Assembly: GCA_963727445.1 (NCBI GenBank) | Contig: CAVSGI010000008.1 | Location: 320,001 to 384,000, forward strand | DNA: 64,000 nt | Direction: 5' to 3' | Source: an uncultured delta proteobacterium | Lineage (GTDB): Bacteria; Myxococcota_A; Polyangia; Polyangiales; B10-G4 | Part shown: positions 19,449 through 30,294 of the stretch, one piece after another | Layout of the letters: each line of letters opens with the position of its first letter | How positions within the stretch are numbered: the stretch's first letter is position 1 | The notes under the pieces: model-generated | What the model was told of the DNA's origin: nothing | The model's database searches: none | Seen by the model: the letters and a program-made list of their open reading frames with translations, nothing else | Made by a program: the position numbers and the translations under genes

Positions 19449-20291
19449 ATGGACGTCGCTCTCGCCACCTGTCAGTCGCTTCCGGAGCCCGATCACGACG
19501 AGGCGCCCCTCCTCGCCGCCCTCGGCGCCCGCGGCCTCTCGGCGCGCCCCCTCGCCTGGGACGATCCCCGCTCGGACTTCTCCCAGGCGACGATTACGCT
19601 GCTTCGCTCCACCTGGAACTACTACCGCCGCATCGACGACTTTCTCGCCTGGGCCGCGCACACGGCGAAGGTGTCGACGCTCTTGAACGACCTCGAGGTC
19701 GTGCGATGGAACCACGACAAGCGCTACCTCCTCGAGCTCGAGTCGCGGGGCATCCCCATCGCGCCCACCGAACGGCTCCCGCGCGGGGACGCGCGCAGCC
19801 TCGAGCAGATCCTGGCCACTCGCGGCTGGCGGGACGCCGTGGTCAAGCCTGCTATCTCGGCGGCCTCCTTTCGGACGATCCGGGTTCAGGCCGAGGACAC
19901 CGCCGCGGGAGAAGCCCACCTGCGGGAGCTGCTCGAAGAGCGCGACGTGCTGGTCCAACGCTACCTGCCGTCCGTGGAAGGCCACGGAGAGCGGTCCCTC
20001 ATCTGGATCGACGGCGTGCTCACCCACGCGGTGCGCAAGACGCCCCGCTTCGGTGACGAAGACGAGCACGTCTCGGACGCGGTCGAGATCGCGGAGGACG
20101 AACGGGCGCTGGCCGCGCGCGTCATCGACGCCGCCCCGGTCTCCATCGTCTATGCCCGCATCGACATCGCTCGGGACGACGAAGGCGCGCCGGTCCTGAT
20201 GGAGCTCGAGCTGATGGAGCCCTCGCTCTACTTTCCCCAGAGCGAAGACGCGCTCGAACGCATGGCGACCGCGATCGCCGCGCGGCTCTGA
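19449..20291 (+). CDS. ATP-grasp (RimK-like) protein
   Basis: LRSTWNY, WNHDKRYL, VVKPAISA, YARID, LMELELMEPSLYF. Confidence 0.85.
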   Translation: MDVALATCQSLPEPDHDEAPLLAALGARGLSARPLAWDDPRSDFSQATITLLRSTWNYYRRIDDFLAWAAHTAKVSTLLNDLEVVRWNHDKRYLLELESRGIPIAPTERLPRGDARSLEQILATRGWRDAVVKPAISAASFRTIRVQAEDTAAGEAHLRELLEERDVLVQRYLPSVEGHGERSLIWIDGVLTHAVRKTPRFGDEDEHVSDAVEIAEDERALAARVIDAAPVSIVYARIDIARDDEGAPVLMELELMEPSLYFPQSEDALERMATAIAARL

Positions 20292-20292
20292 G

Positions 20293-21366
20293 TCACTCCT
20301 CGGCGTCTTCGCCAGCGGCGCCTTCCTGGGCGCCCTCTTCGCGGTGTCGTCCACCGACGAGCACGGGCGTCGCGAAACGGACCAGGCGGCTCATCTGCAG
20401 CTGGGTGAGCGAGAGCTGCAGATGCAGCTCGCCGCCTTCCGCCTCGAACTCCGCTCCTTGGATGGCGGAGCTGAGACCGAGCAGCGAGAGCATCGGGTTG
20501 TCGGCGTACTCGAGTCGCCGCGAGTCCCAGAACGCACGCGCCTCCGCCGCTTCGGCCGGATCGTCGAAGGAGCCTTCCCAACGCGCCGTCACGTTCCCGT
20601 TCTCGTCGCCCCAGATGCGCACCTTGAAGCGATCGGGATAGTGCGGCCGCTCTTCTTCGCCGCCCATGATGCCGCGACCGGAGCCCATGAGCCCTGCGCC
20701 TTCGTCGACCACCGACCCCCCGTCCCAGGGCATGGGGAAGCCCGGCACCAGCTCGGTCCCCTGCGCCCGTGACAGCGCGATGAATCGCGCCACCTCGGCG
20801 CTCGGACCGAGGACCAGCCAGTTGTCTCGCGGCAGCGCCACCGACTGTTCGACCTCCGGCTCGCCTGGCCAATCAGCGGTCGGGATCCCCTGGTGCTCGC
20901 CCCACTCCACCGTGCGCCCCTGGCTCTGTGCGATGTCGATCACGAACTGCTTCACCTCGTCGACGGTGGAGTTGTGACGCGCCAGCATCACGTACTCCTT
21001 GCTGCCGCGACCCGGCGCAGCCGCGATGATGGAGTCGATGTCGTTGATCGGATCGAGGTCGCTGACCTCGAGGACCGCTCGCCACTGGGGGATCGCTTCG
21101 AGCAGCCGCCGGATCTCCGGCTCGAGAGGCGTGCCCCGCACCTGCGAGACGTCGCTGCGGATGATGTAGCGATACGGCTCGTCGAGGACGACGGAGGTGG
21201 AGCGCGAAGGGTCGGGCAGAGGGAGGAGGTCGTGGACCTCGGGCGCCTCGTCACCGGTGGTCGCCACCGTCTCGGTCCCGCCCGTCGCCTGGACGTCGGT
21301 CGCGCCTCCCCCGCATCCGGCGAGCACGAGGAGCAGGACGGCCGAACAGCAGGCGGGGGATCGCAT
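20293..21366 (-). CDS. Hypothetical lipoprotein
   Basis: LVLAGC lipobox; genome-like codon usage. Confidence 0.7.
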   Translation of the reverse strand: MRSPACCSAVLLLVLAGCGGGATDVQATGGTETVATTGDEAPEVHDLLPLPDPSRSTSVVLDEPYRYIIRSDVSQVRGTPLEPEIRRLLEAIPQWRAVLEVSDLDPINDIDSIIAAAPGRGSKEYVMLARHNSTVDEVKQFVIDIAQSQGRTVEWGEHQGIPTADWPGEPEVEQSVALPRDNWLVLGPSAEVARFIALSRAQGTELVPGFPMPWDGGSVVDEGAGLMGSGRGIMGGEEERPHYPDRFKVRIWGDENGNVTARWEGSFDDPAEAAEARAFWDSRRLEYADNPMLSLLGLSSAIQGAEFEAEGGELHLQLSLTQLQMSRLVRFATPVLVGGRHREEGAQEGAAGEDAEE

Positions 21367-21428
21367 GGGCGAAGCCTGCCACGGCCCCCGCCGGGTTGCA
21401 CGAGCCAGCGCTAGGCTATGATCGGGCC

Positions 21429-22314
21429 GTGGGACTCCTTCGCTTTTTCACCCTCTTCGTCCTCTCGGCCGTCTTGGCACTGGCCTGTGCCGCCGGCCGG
21501 CGCGGCTCGACGCCGACCACCGACAGCGGGACCACCGACGCCCGCATGGATACGGGGACGACGATGGACACGGGTGCCCCGCCGGATACGGGCGCTCGGA
21601 CCGACAGCGCGCCAATGGACACCGGGACCGGCGGCGACGCAGCCCCGGTCTGTGCGCCGGCGACCTCCGCCGAGAACACCAACGCGCTCTGCGGCAACGG
21701 CCTCGACGACGATGGCGACGGGCTCATCGATTGCGCGGACCGCTCCTGCTCGCGTCACCCGAGCGTCGACGTCTGCCAGGAGTCGAACTGCAGCAACGGT
21801 CTCGACGACGACGGAGACGGCTTCTACGACTGCGCCGATTTCGACTGCGCGGGCTCCGCGAGCTGCCCCCCGCCGAGCGAAGGCGGCGGCGCCTGTGACA
21901 ACATGCTGGACGACGACGGCGATGGATTCGTCGATTGCGCGGACTTCGACTGCAACGGGTTCTCCGGCTGCGCCGCGGAGACCAACTGCACGAACGCCTT
22001 CGACGACGACGGGGACGGGTTCACGGACTGCGACGACTTCGACTGCCAGCTCGGCGGCAGCTGCCCGGGCCTCGAGGTCACCAACGCCACATGCGACGAC
22101 GGCATGGACAACGACGGCAACGGTTTCACCGACTGCGACGATTCTCAGCTGCGCCCACAGCCCCGCGGTCACCATCTGCGAGGGCAACGCCGAGACCTGC
22201 TCCGACGGCATCGACAACGACTGCGACGGCTTCGTGGATTGTGAGGACTTCGGCTGTCGCGCTTGCGACACCCCTTACGCCGCCGCGACCTGCGAGCGCT
22301 GCCCCGCGCCCTAG
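21429..22314 (+). CDS. Lipoprotein with six CxNxxDDDGDGxxDCxD putative Ca/metal-binding repeats (+1 frameshift near 22142)
   Basis: ALAC lipobox, DTG linker, repeats such as CGNGLDDDGDGLIDCAD; the last repeat is in the frame of ORF 21418..22314. Confidence 0.8.
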
Positions 22315-22329
22315 TGCCTGGTCCAATGA

Positions 22330-23277
22330 CTAGCTCGGAGCGAGCCAGCCGCGACGATAGAACCAGCCGAGCATCCCGGTCGCGACCAGCGCCATCGCTC
22401 CGAGGCAGAGCGGATAGCCGTAGTGCTCGTGCAGCTCGGGCATCCAGGCGAAGTTCATGCCGTAGATGCCCGCCAAGAGCGACAGAGGCATGAAGACCGC
22501 GGAGATGACGGTGAGGATGCGGAGGCGGTCCTCGGTCCGCCGCTGGTAGAGCATCTGCAGCTGCCCCTCGAGCTGCCGCGCCCGCGTCTCGAGGCGATCG
22601 AAGGAGCGGTCGATGTAGCGCACCAGCCCGACGGTGGCCTGATGCGGCTCGATCGCCAGGGGGACCGCCTCCCGAACCGCAGGCGCCTCGGTCGACGCCA
22701 TGCAGTAGACCTGATCCTCGCAGATGTTCCCGCACGTCTGGATGTCGATCTTCAGCTGGAAGATGTCCGGATAGGAGACCGAGTCCGGGTCGTCGTGGAT
22801 TCGCGCCTCGACCTCGTCCACTTTGGCGCGGAGCTCTTGGAGCGCGAGCTCGTCGGCGCGCCCAGAGGCAAAGAGGATCTCGCCCATCGGTCCGGTGGCG
22901 CTGTCCATCCCGCGCTCCACCACACCCTGTCGGAGCTCCTCGAGATAGGGGATCGGACTCTCGGTCGCCGTGACGAGCGTTCGGCCCCGGATCACGTAGC
23001 GGAGGTACGTGCGCGTCCACTCGCCGGGGATCTGGAGCGGCAGGGTGCATACGAAGGCGCGCGCATTGACCATCGCGCCCGGATGAGGCGAGCGGCTAGA
23101 GGCCGTCTCCACGACAGCCGCCGAGACGCCGAGGCCTTCGAGCTCCCGTTCGAGCTCCCCCGGCTCCGGCGCCAGCACGTGTATCCACGCGAACTCCGTT
23201 CCGTCGTCGTCGACCGAGGGCGCGCTCTCACGCTCCTCGACGTTGTCGTCTCGCACCAGATAGTAGAAGGTCGCCAT
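22330..23277 (-). CDS. corA: CorA-family divalent cation transporter
   Basis: LTVISAVFMPLSLLAGIYGMNFAWMPEL signature and two C-terminal TMs. Confidence 0.9.
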   Translation of the reverse strand: MATFYYLVRDDNVEERESAPSVDDDGTEFAWIHVLAPEPGELERELEGLGVSAAVVETASSRSPHPGAMVNARAFVCTLPLQIPGEWTRTYLRYVIRGRTLVTATESPIPYLEELRQGVVERGMDSATGPMGEILFASGRADELALQELRAKVDEVEARIHDDPDSVSYPDIFQLKIDIQTCGNICEDQVYCMASTEAPAVREAVPLAIEPHQATVGLVRYIDRSFDRLETRARQLEGQLQMLYQRRTEDRLRILTVISAVFMPLSLLAGIYGMNFAWMPELHEHYGYPLCLGAMALVATGMLGWFYRRGWLAPS

Positions 23278-23354
23278 GGTCGCGAAGTCTACTCCGCCCT
23301 CGCGGGTCGGTTGGGTGGATCAGACCGGGCAGAAATCGCGCTATGCTCCGCGCC

Positions 23355-24128
<774 letters not shown>

Positions 24129-24143
24129 TCTCGGGACCCGGGC

Positions 24144-26615
24144 TCAGCCTTTGACGCCGCGCAGCGAGAGGAGCGCGGGCAAGGCGATGATCGCGGCGGC
24201 CACGCAGGTGATCTCGCTGATCGACATCGCGGCGCCGAAGCTGTTCAGCGCCTGGTTGCTGCTCGCGTAGAGCGAGATGTAGCCGAAGATGGTGGTCATC
24301 GAGCAGAGCACCACCGCGCCGCCTGTCGCTTCGATGGCGCGCCGCGCGGCGCCGCTGCCCTTCTCTTCTTCCTGGACGAAGCGCTGCATGTAATTGACGC
24401 CGTAGTCGACGCCGTTGCCGAAGGTGATCGGGAAGGCCAGGAAGTTGAGGAAGTTGATCTTGAGGCCGCTCAGGGCGATCAGCGCCGCCATCCACAGGAT
24501 GCCCACCAAGAGGCTCCCGAGCGTCAACAGGCGGTCGCGCCAACGGCGGAAGCCGATCATGAGCAGGATCGAGGTGAGCAGGAGCGCGAGCCCCACGGCC
24601 TTGGGCGCATCGACGAAGATCGCGTCGAGGAGGTCCGCGAAGACGCCGGCGTTGCCGGTCATGGGGGGGCGCTCGCCGCCCGGCAGGCGCACCTCGCGCA
24701 TCTGCTCGGCCCAGCGCAGCATGAACTTGCCGTCCCAGCTGTTCCCCGAAGGGTCGTGTCCCACGAAGACGATCCGCCCCAGCGTGCCGTCCTTTTCGGT
24801 GAAAGGTCGCGCCGCCGTCTCGGGGATGTCGGCCGCGGTCAGCGGCGTGATCTCCTCGGGGGGCGTGTGGGCGTCGATGTCCTCGAGCTGGTCGTCGTCC
24901 GCGTAACGGCGAATGTCGAGGAGGAGTGTGCGGATCTCGCCGAGGATCGCGATCTTGTCCTCTTGGCGCGACGGAAGGATGTCGTCGATGCTGGTGATGT
25001 CGCCGAGCACCCCGGGCCGCTCGGCCTCGATCTCCTTCAGCTGCGCAGTGACATCCGAGACCTCGTCCGCATCGGGGACCAGCATCACCATCGCGCTGCC
25101 GGTCATCGACTCGCTGACCAGCTCGCCCTGGCGATCGTTGACCCACTGAACGCGGCTCGCCGGATCGCGCTCGCTCTGGAGTTTGCGGAAGTCGTATTCC
25201 ATCGGGTCGGAGGCCACGTAGTCGTAGACCTTCCAAACCGACAGCGCCGTGATCACCGCCGCCAACACCACCACGAAGCGCGGGGCCTTGAGGGCCGCCC
25301 AGCGAAAGGCCACCCCGTAGATGTTGCGGCGCGCTGCCTCGCGGCGCTTGATGGGCCGGATGCGCTCGAAGAGAGAGGCGAGGGACGGGAGCACAAGGAT
25401 GCATCCCACCCAGCACGCGACCATTCCGAAGCCGCCGATGATCCCGAAGTCCCTGAAGCCGCGGAAGTCGGTGATGATGAGCGAGCCGTAGGCGAGCGCA
25501 GCGGCGAGCGAGGCGGTGAGCGTCGCAGCCCAGGTGCCCTTGTGGGTGTTCTCGATGGCGATGGGCACCGCCGTGCCCTCACGCCGCTCCTCGAAGTAGC
25601 GCGCGAGCCAGATCACGTTGGGGTTCACCCCGTTTCCGATGACGATGCTCGCCAAGAAGGCGGACGACGAGTTCAGGTAGTCCACCGTCAGCTCGGCGAA
25701 GCCGAAAGTCACCAGCACCGGGCACACCAGCGCGAGACCCAGGAGCGGGATCGATCGGTTGCTGAGGAAGAACAGATAGACGCTGAAGAGGACGAGGACG
25801 ACGGTGGCGATGGTGGCGATGGCCACCTCTCCGATCAGCGCCTCGGCCTCCTCGACGCTGTCCATCAGGTCCGAGCCGAGGTCCCATTTCACGTCGGACA
25901 GGCCCGTGTCGGTCGCGACCCGCCGCGCCCGCGCCTCCACGGCGTTGGCCAGGGCGCGTCCCTCGACGTGCTCGCCCATGCGGACGTCGGTGCGGATGAA
26001 GATGCCGATCAGCGGCGTCTCGGCGCTCTCGAAGAAGTCGGACTCGATGCTCGCCTGGCCGGCCTCCTCACCTTCGCGCAGACGGTCGATGAGCGACTCG
26101 AAGTCCGGCGGCTCTTCATCGTCGAGCTGGATGTAGAACGGGTTGCTCCGCGCCGCTTCGTACTCCTTGCGCTCCTTCAGGGCGTCCCGGATCTCCACCA
26201 GGTCGTCGTAGTCGGCGAAGAGGAAACGGTTGTCTTCGATGTAGTGGTCGAGCGCGCCTTCGTTCCAGTCGATGGCGACCACGTGCTCGGGCGAGTCGCT
26301 CTCGAGGTCGTTCACGAGCGCGCGTGCGAAGGTGCGTACATCCTCGCGGTCCTCGCCGTGGACGATGACGGTGAGCGTGGTGGCCTGACCGACGCGGTCC
26401 TGCATCTCTTCGAGGTCCACCACCGCCGGGGCGTTCTCCGGCAACAGCGCCGTGAGGTCGCCGCGCAGCTCGAGCTGCCCGATGAGCGGGAGCGAAAGTA
26501 CGGAGAGGATCACCGCTGGCATCACGTAGCGCAGCGGCCGCGATGCCTGATCCGGGGCGAGTCGCTCGAAGAAGCGGTCGACCTTCTGGCCGATCGCCAC
26601 GAGCCGGTCCTTCAC
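24144..26615 (-). CDS. MMPL/RND-family lipid transporter
   Basis: Two repeats of a large soluble loop plus TM bundle; IVIGNGVN and ITFGNGVDYGV motifs. Confidence 0.88.
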   Translation of the reverse strand: MKDRLVAIGQKVDRFFERLAPDQASRPLRYVMPAVILSVLSLPLIGQLELRGDLTALLPENAPAVVDLEEMQDRVGQATTLTVIVHGEDREDVRTFARALVNDLESDSPEHVVAIDWNEGALDHYIEDNRFLFADYDDLVEIRDALKERKEYEAARSNPFYIQLDDEEPPDFESLIDRLREGEEAGQASIESDFFESAETPLIGIFIRTDVRMGEHVEGRALANAVEARARRVATDTGLSDVKWDLGSDLMDSVEEAEALIGEVAIATIATVVLVLFSVYLFFLSNRSIPLLGLALVCPVLVTFGFAELTVDYLNSSSAFLASIVIGNGVNPNVIWLARYFEERREGTAVPIAIENTHKGTWAATLTASLAAALAYGSLIITDFRGFRDFGIIGGFGMVACWVGCILVLPSLASLFERIRPIKRREAARRNIYGVAFRWAALKAPRFVVVLAAVITALSVWKVYDYVASDPMEYDFRKLQSERDPASRVQWVNDRQGELVSESMTGSAMVMLVPDADEVSDVTAQLKEIEAERPGVLGDITSIDDILPSRQEDKIAILGEIRTLLLDIRRYADDDQLEDIDAHTPPEEITPLTAADIPETAARPFTEKDGTLGRIVFVGHDPSGNSWDGKFMLRWAEQMREVRLPGGERPPMTGNAGVFADLLDAIFVDAPKAVGLALLLTSILLMIGFRRWRDRLLTLGSLLVGILWMAALIALSGLKINFLNFLAFPITFGNGVDYGVNYMQRFVQEEEKGSGAARRAIEATGGAVVLCSMTTIFGYISLYASSNQALNSFGAAMSISEITCVAAAIIALPALLSLRGVKG

Positions 26616-27652
26616 GACGCCGGCTCCTCGCTGGGGGCCGCGGCTTCGACGGTCGCGGCAGAAGGTGCGGCTTCGGAAGCTTCGCCGCGGGCGGCGGCTC
26701 GGATGTCATCCACGCCGCCCCAGAGCGCGAGCCCGGTGAGCGACGAGGTCGCGATCACGATCTGAGAGATGCGAGCGAGCAGGGCGATGGACACGGCGCG
26801 TGCCGGATCGTCGGCGAAACCGAGCGCATCGGCAAAAAGGCGGTAGGCCCCCTCCACCACACCCACCTGATTGGGGATGAAGTCGCCGGCGAAGGCGCCG
26901 ACCAGGTGAACGCCCTGGGCCAGGAGCGCCCCGCCCACGGTGAAGGCCCCACCCACGGCTACCAGCGCGATCCCGTACTGCACCGTCTGGGAGACGCGGC
27001 CCAGGATGTTCACCCCGAGGGCCTTGAGCAGCGTCTTTCGCGGCACCCGAAGCGCCCCGTCCAGGTGGTCGCCGACGTGCATCATGCGACGGATTCGCTT
27101 CCCCAAGAAGCGACCGACCCGCAGTCGGCGGGCCACGATCAGGATCGCCCCGCCGCCGACGAGGGTGATCGTCGCGTTGACGGCCATGAGCCAGGTCAGC
27201 GCGTGATCGAAGCCGAGGACCGACCCGACCGAGATCAGGCACGGGATGCTGATGACTGTGTTCGCGAGGAGCGAGATCGCCTGAGCGTTCGTCGCGGCGG
27301 CCGCGGCGCGCCCGGCGCCGACGCGATCGTTGATCGCGGTCGCGCGCGCGACCTCGGCGCCGGCGCGCCCCGCGGGGACCAGCACCATGAACACGTAGGT
27401 GATGAGCTGGGCCCGGATGTACACCGGCCACGGGATCTTCTTGGCGTCCTCCTCGAGCAGGATGCGGTGGCTCGCCACCTCGCTGATGAACCACCCCGAG
27501 TCGAAGATGATGAGGAAGACCATGAAGGGGCCGGCCGCGAGCAGGGTCTCGAGGACCCGCCTGGGACCGACCTCGTTGATCAGATAGGCGACGACGGCGA
27601 TGCCGATGACGAGGGCGGCCCACTTGAGGGCGCGTTTCACCTTCGTCGACAC
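26612..27652 (-). CDS. Lysylphosphatidylglycerol synthase TM-domain (UPF0104/flippase-like) membrane protein
   Basis: Multi-TM; VPAGRAGAEVARA, IPNQVGVVEG, ALLARISQ; GTGA overlap with the MMPL gene. Confidence 0.8.
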   Translation of the reverse strand: MSTKVKRALKWAALVIGIAVVAYLINEVGPRRVLETLLAAGPFMVFLIIFDSGWFISEVASHRILLEEDAKKIPWPVYIRAQLITYVFMVLVPAGRAGAEVARATAINDRVGAGRAAAAATNAQAISLLANTVISIPCLISVGSVLGFDHALTWLMAVNATITLVGGGAILIVARRLRVGRFLGKRIRRMMHVGDHLDGALRVPRKTLLKALGVNILGRVSQTVQYGIALVAVGGAFTVGGALLAQGVHLVGAFAGDFIPNQVGVVEGAYRLFADALGFADDPARAVSIALLARISQIVIATSSLTGLALWGGVDDIRAAARGEASEAAPSAATVEAAAPSEEPAS

Positions 27653-27663
27653 GACCGCCTACC

Positions 27664-28951
27664 TCAAACCTGCCTCGCGCGGTCGGCGAGCTCGTGGCGC
27701 GCCGCCCACACCTCGGAGAAGATCTTCGCGTACTGCTCCACCGTCTCGCGGCTCTGCGCGATCAGGGGGCACGACTGAGAAAAGAGGACCAGCGACTCGG
27801 AGAGGAGCGCTCGCGCGACGGGATAGCGGGTGGGGTCGTAGTTGTCGGCGAGGCGCGAAAGGAGCGCTTCCGGCACGGGCCAGCCCTGGCCCCGGGCGAG
27901 CTTTTCGGCGAAGAGCGGATGGCCGGGGAGGATCTCGGTCTGCCAGTACACGACCTCGAGGCCCTCTTCACGGAGCGCCGCGACCAGCGCGTCGCGGAAA
28001 GCGATGGGCGAGACGCCTTCGAGGCCAGCGGCGGCCAGATCGAAGCGGACGCGATACTTGTGGTGCACGCTCTCGCGATCGCTCGGGACGACCGGGGGCA
28101 GGACGCCCTCGAGCTCGGCGAGCCGGGAGGAGAGCCAGGCGGCATTCTGCTGAGCGGCCTTCGTGCGCGCCGGGAGCTTCGCGAGCTGCGCCGAGGCGAA
28201 CGCGGCCATCATCTCGTTGCCGCGGTACATGCTGCCCACGAAAGACGAGACCAGGCGGGCCTCCGTCGAGAGGGCGGCCGAGGTCGAGCGTGCCGCCCGG
28301 CGCGCCGACGTTCTGGCCGAAGTTGCGGATGCGGTTCGCGTGGGCCCAGGCCTCGTCGTCGTTGGTGACGAAGACCCCGCCCTCCCCGCAGCCGAGGTTC
28401 TTGCTCGACTGGAGCGAGAAGCCCCCGGCCGCGCCCAGCGCGCCGACCGGCGCGCCCTCGTAGGTCGCGAGGTGCGCCTGGGCCGCGTCCTCCACCACGA
28501 CGAGGTCGCGGGCCCGCGCGAATTCGAGGATCGCCCCGAGGTCCGCCGGGCAGCCGTGAACGTGCACCGGCATGATGGCCTTGGTGCGCTCCGAGAGCGC
28601 CGCGCCCAGCAGGGCCGGGTCGAGGTTCCCGCTCTCGGGCAGGACGTCGACGAAGATCGGGATCGCGCCGCGGAGCAGTGGGGCCATCGCGGTCGCCACG
28701 AAGCTGTACGCCGGGATGATGACCTCGTCACCCGCCTCGACGCCGGCAGCCGCCAGAGCGACCTGGAGCGCGCTCGTCCCGCTGTGCGTCAGAAGCGCAT
28801 GCTCGGCGCCGACGCTCTCGGCGAACGCCTCTTCGAAGGCGCGGGCCGCGGGCGCGTTCGAACCGGAGAGGACGCCGCGGTCGAGGACCGCGAGGACCGC
28901 GCGGCGCTCCTCGTCCTCGACGATGGGCCAGAGCTGGTGCTGAAGCTTCAT
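27664..28951 (-). CDS. DegT/DnrJ/EryC1/StrS-family aminotransferase (frameshift near 28260)
   Basis: SGTSAL, PAYSFVAT, IMPVHVHG, EDAAQAH, FSLQSSKNL (PLP Lys); C-terminal half in ORF 27664..28731. The true start may be the ATG at 29022 if a second indel lies near 28950. Confidence 0.85.
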
Positions 28952-29029
28952 TTCCCCATTCCCCGAACGACAGCGGCGCCACCGCCCGCGGGGAGCGATG
29001 ACGCCGTCGTCACAGTCGACATGGAAGCC

Positions 29030-30232
29030 TCAAAGGCCCTTGTCGATCCAGCTGTAGAGGTTGCGCTCCTGATTGAACAGGTCGTGCTCGGGCTTGCCGT
29101 CGCGGGTGTAGGGCGACTTGAAGAACATCGCCAACTGCTCCTGCGGGCCCTTCTCGCCGCGCGTCTTCGCGAGGTCGACGAGGCGGACGAGGTCCATGAC
29201 GAGCGGCGCCGCCAGCGCGGAGTCCTGGCAGAGGAAGTTGACCTTCATCTGCATCGGGATGTCCGCGAAGCCGGAGATGTCGATGTTGTCCCAAGCCTCC
29301 TTCGCGTCGCCGCGGGGCTTGTAGTAGTGGATGTGAACCTGGTGGTTCTCCACCGGGTAGCCGAGGATCGAATCGAGCACCGACTGCTTGCTCATGACCT
29401 TGGTCTTGTTGGAGTCGGGGGAGTCCAGGACCTTGCCGTCGCTGTTGCCGAGGAAGTTCGTCGAGTACCAGCCGTCGACGTTGAGACGGCGCGCGCGGAA
29501 CATCGAGGCCAGGGCGGTCTTGACCAGGGTCTGGCCCGTCTTGCCGTCCATGCCGGCATAGGGGTTCGCGTTCTTGTCGGCGTGCTCGATGAGCGCCGGA
29601 ATGTTGGCGAGGCTCGGGGCGAAGTTGACGTGGGGGATGCCCATCTCGTTCGCCGCGTAGAAGTAGCGCATGGTGGGCGAGACGGCGGGGTCATTGTCGT
29701 CGATCGCCTTCTCGAAGGCCGCGAGGGTGTCGTAGGCCGGGACGTGGTCGAGCCACTTCTCGGTGGACGCCAGGTTCACCAGCACCACGCGGTCGAGGCT
29801 GTTCTCCTTCTTGAAGACCTCGATGTGGTTCTTGATGGCGGCGATCTGCTCGCGGTGCGTGCCGGTGGTGACGTGCTCGCCTTCGAGGTTCTTCGCGTAC
29901 TCGCGATCGAAGATCGCGGGCCACGCCACCATCGACGCCAGCTCGTTCTTCACGGGCTCGACCTGGTCGGGGCGGAAGATGCCGTGACGCGAAACCGCGT
30001 CGTGCACGTTGTTCCGCTTGATGTCCCACCCGCCGAAGACGATGTTCTCGAGCTTGGGGAAGTCCACCTTGCCGTGGAGCCCACCGACGTCACCGTCCGC
30101 AGACTTCTCCGTGAGCATGCCGCGACGCGCGACCGCACCCTTGACCATGAGCCGCGTGGCGGCGATGAGCGTCGAGGAGACCGCGCCGTTGACGCCGACG
30201 ATCACCACTCCGAGACGATCCGTATTGCTCAT
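29030..30232 (-). CDS. ino1: myo-inositol-1-phosphate synthase
   Basis: GVNGAVSST, FGGWD, NLASTE, GMDGKTGQT, NFLGNSDG, DSALAAPLVMDL. Confidence 0.92.
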   Translation of the reverse strand: MSNTDRLGVVIVGVNGAVSSTLIAATRLMVKGAVARRGMLTEKSADGDVGGLHGKVDFPKLENIVFGGWDIKRNNVHDAVSRHGIFRPDQVEPVKNELASMVAWPAIFDREYAKNLEGEHVTTGTHREQIAAIKNHIEVFKKENSLDRVVLVNLASTEKWLDHVPAYDTLAAFEKAIDDNDPAVSPTMRYFYAANEMGIPHVNFAPSLANIPALIEHADKNANPYAGMDGKTGQTLVKTALASMFRARRLNVDGWYSTNFLGNSDGKVLDSPDSNKTKVMSKQSVLDSILGYPVENHQVHIHYYKPRGDAKEAWDNIDISGFADIPMQMKVNFLCQDSALAAPLVMDLVRLVDLAKTRGEKGPQEQLAMFFKSPYTRDGKPEHDLFNQERNLYSWIDKGL

Positions 30233-30294
30233 TTCACTCGAACCTTTCTTCGCACACTGGGGAGGCTGACGAGCCGCCCCTCACTGCCCTCGGA

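Noticed and set aside
21690..22250. Regularly spaced DNA repeats resembling a CRISPR array
   Set aside because: They are degenerate codon-level repeats of the DDDGDG..DC protein motif; there is no identical repeat and no cas gene.
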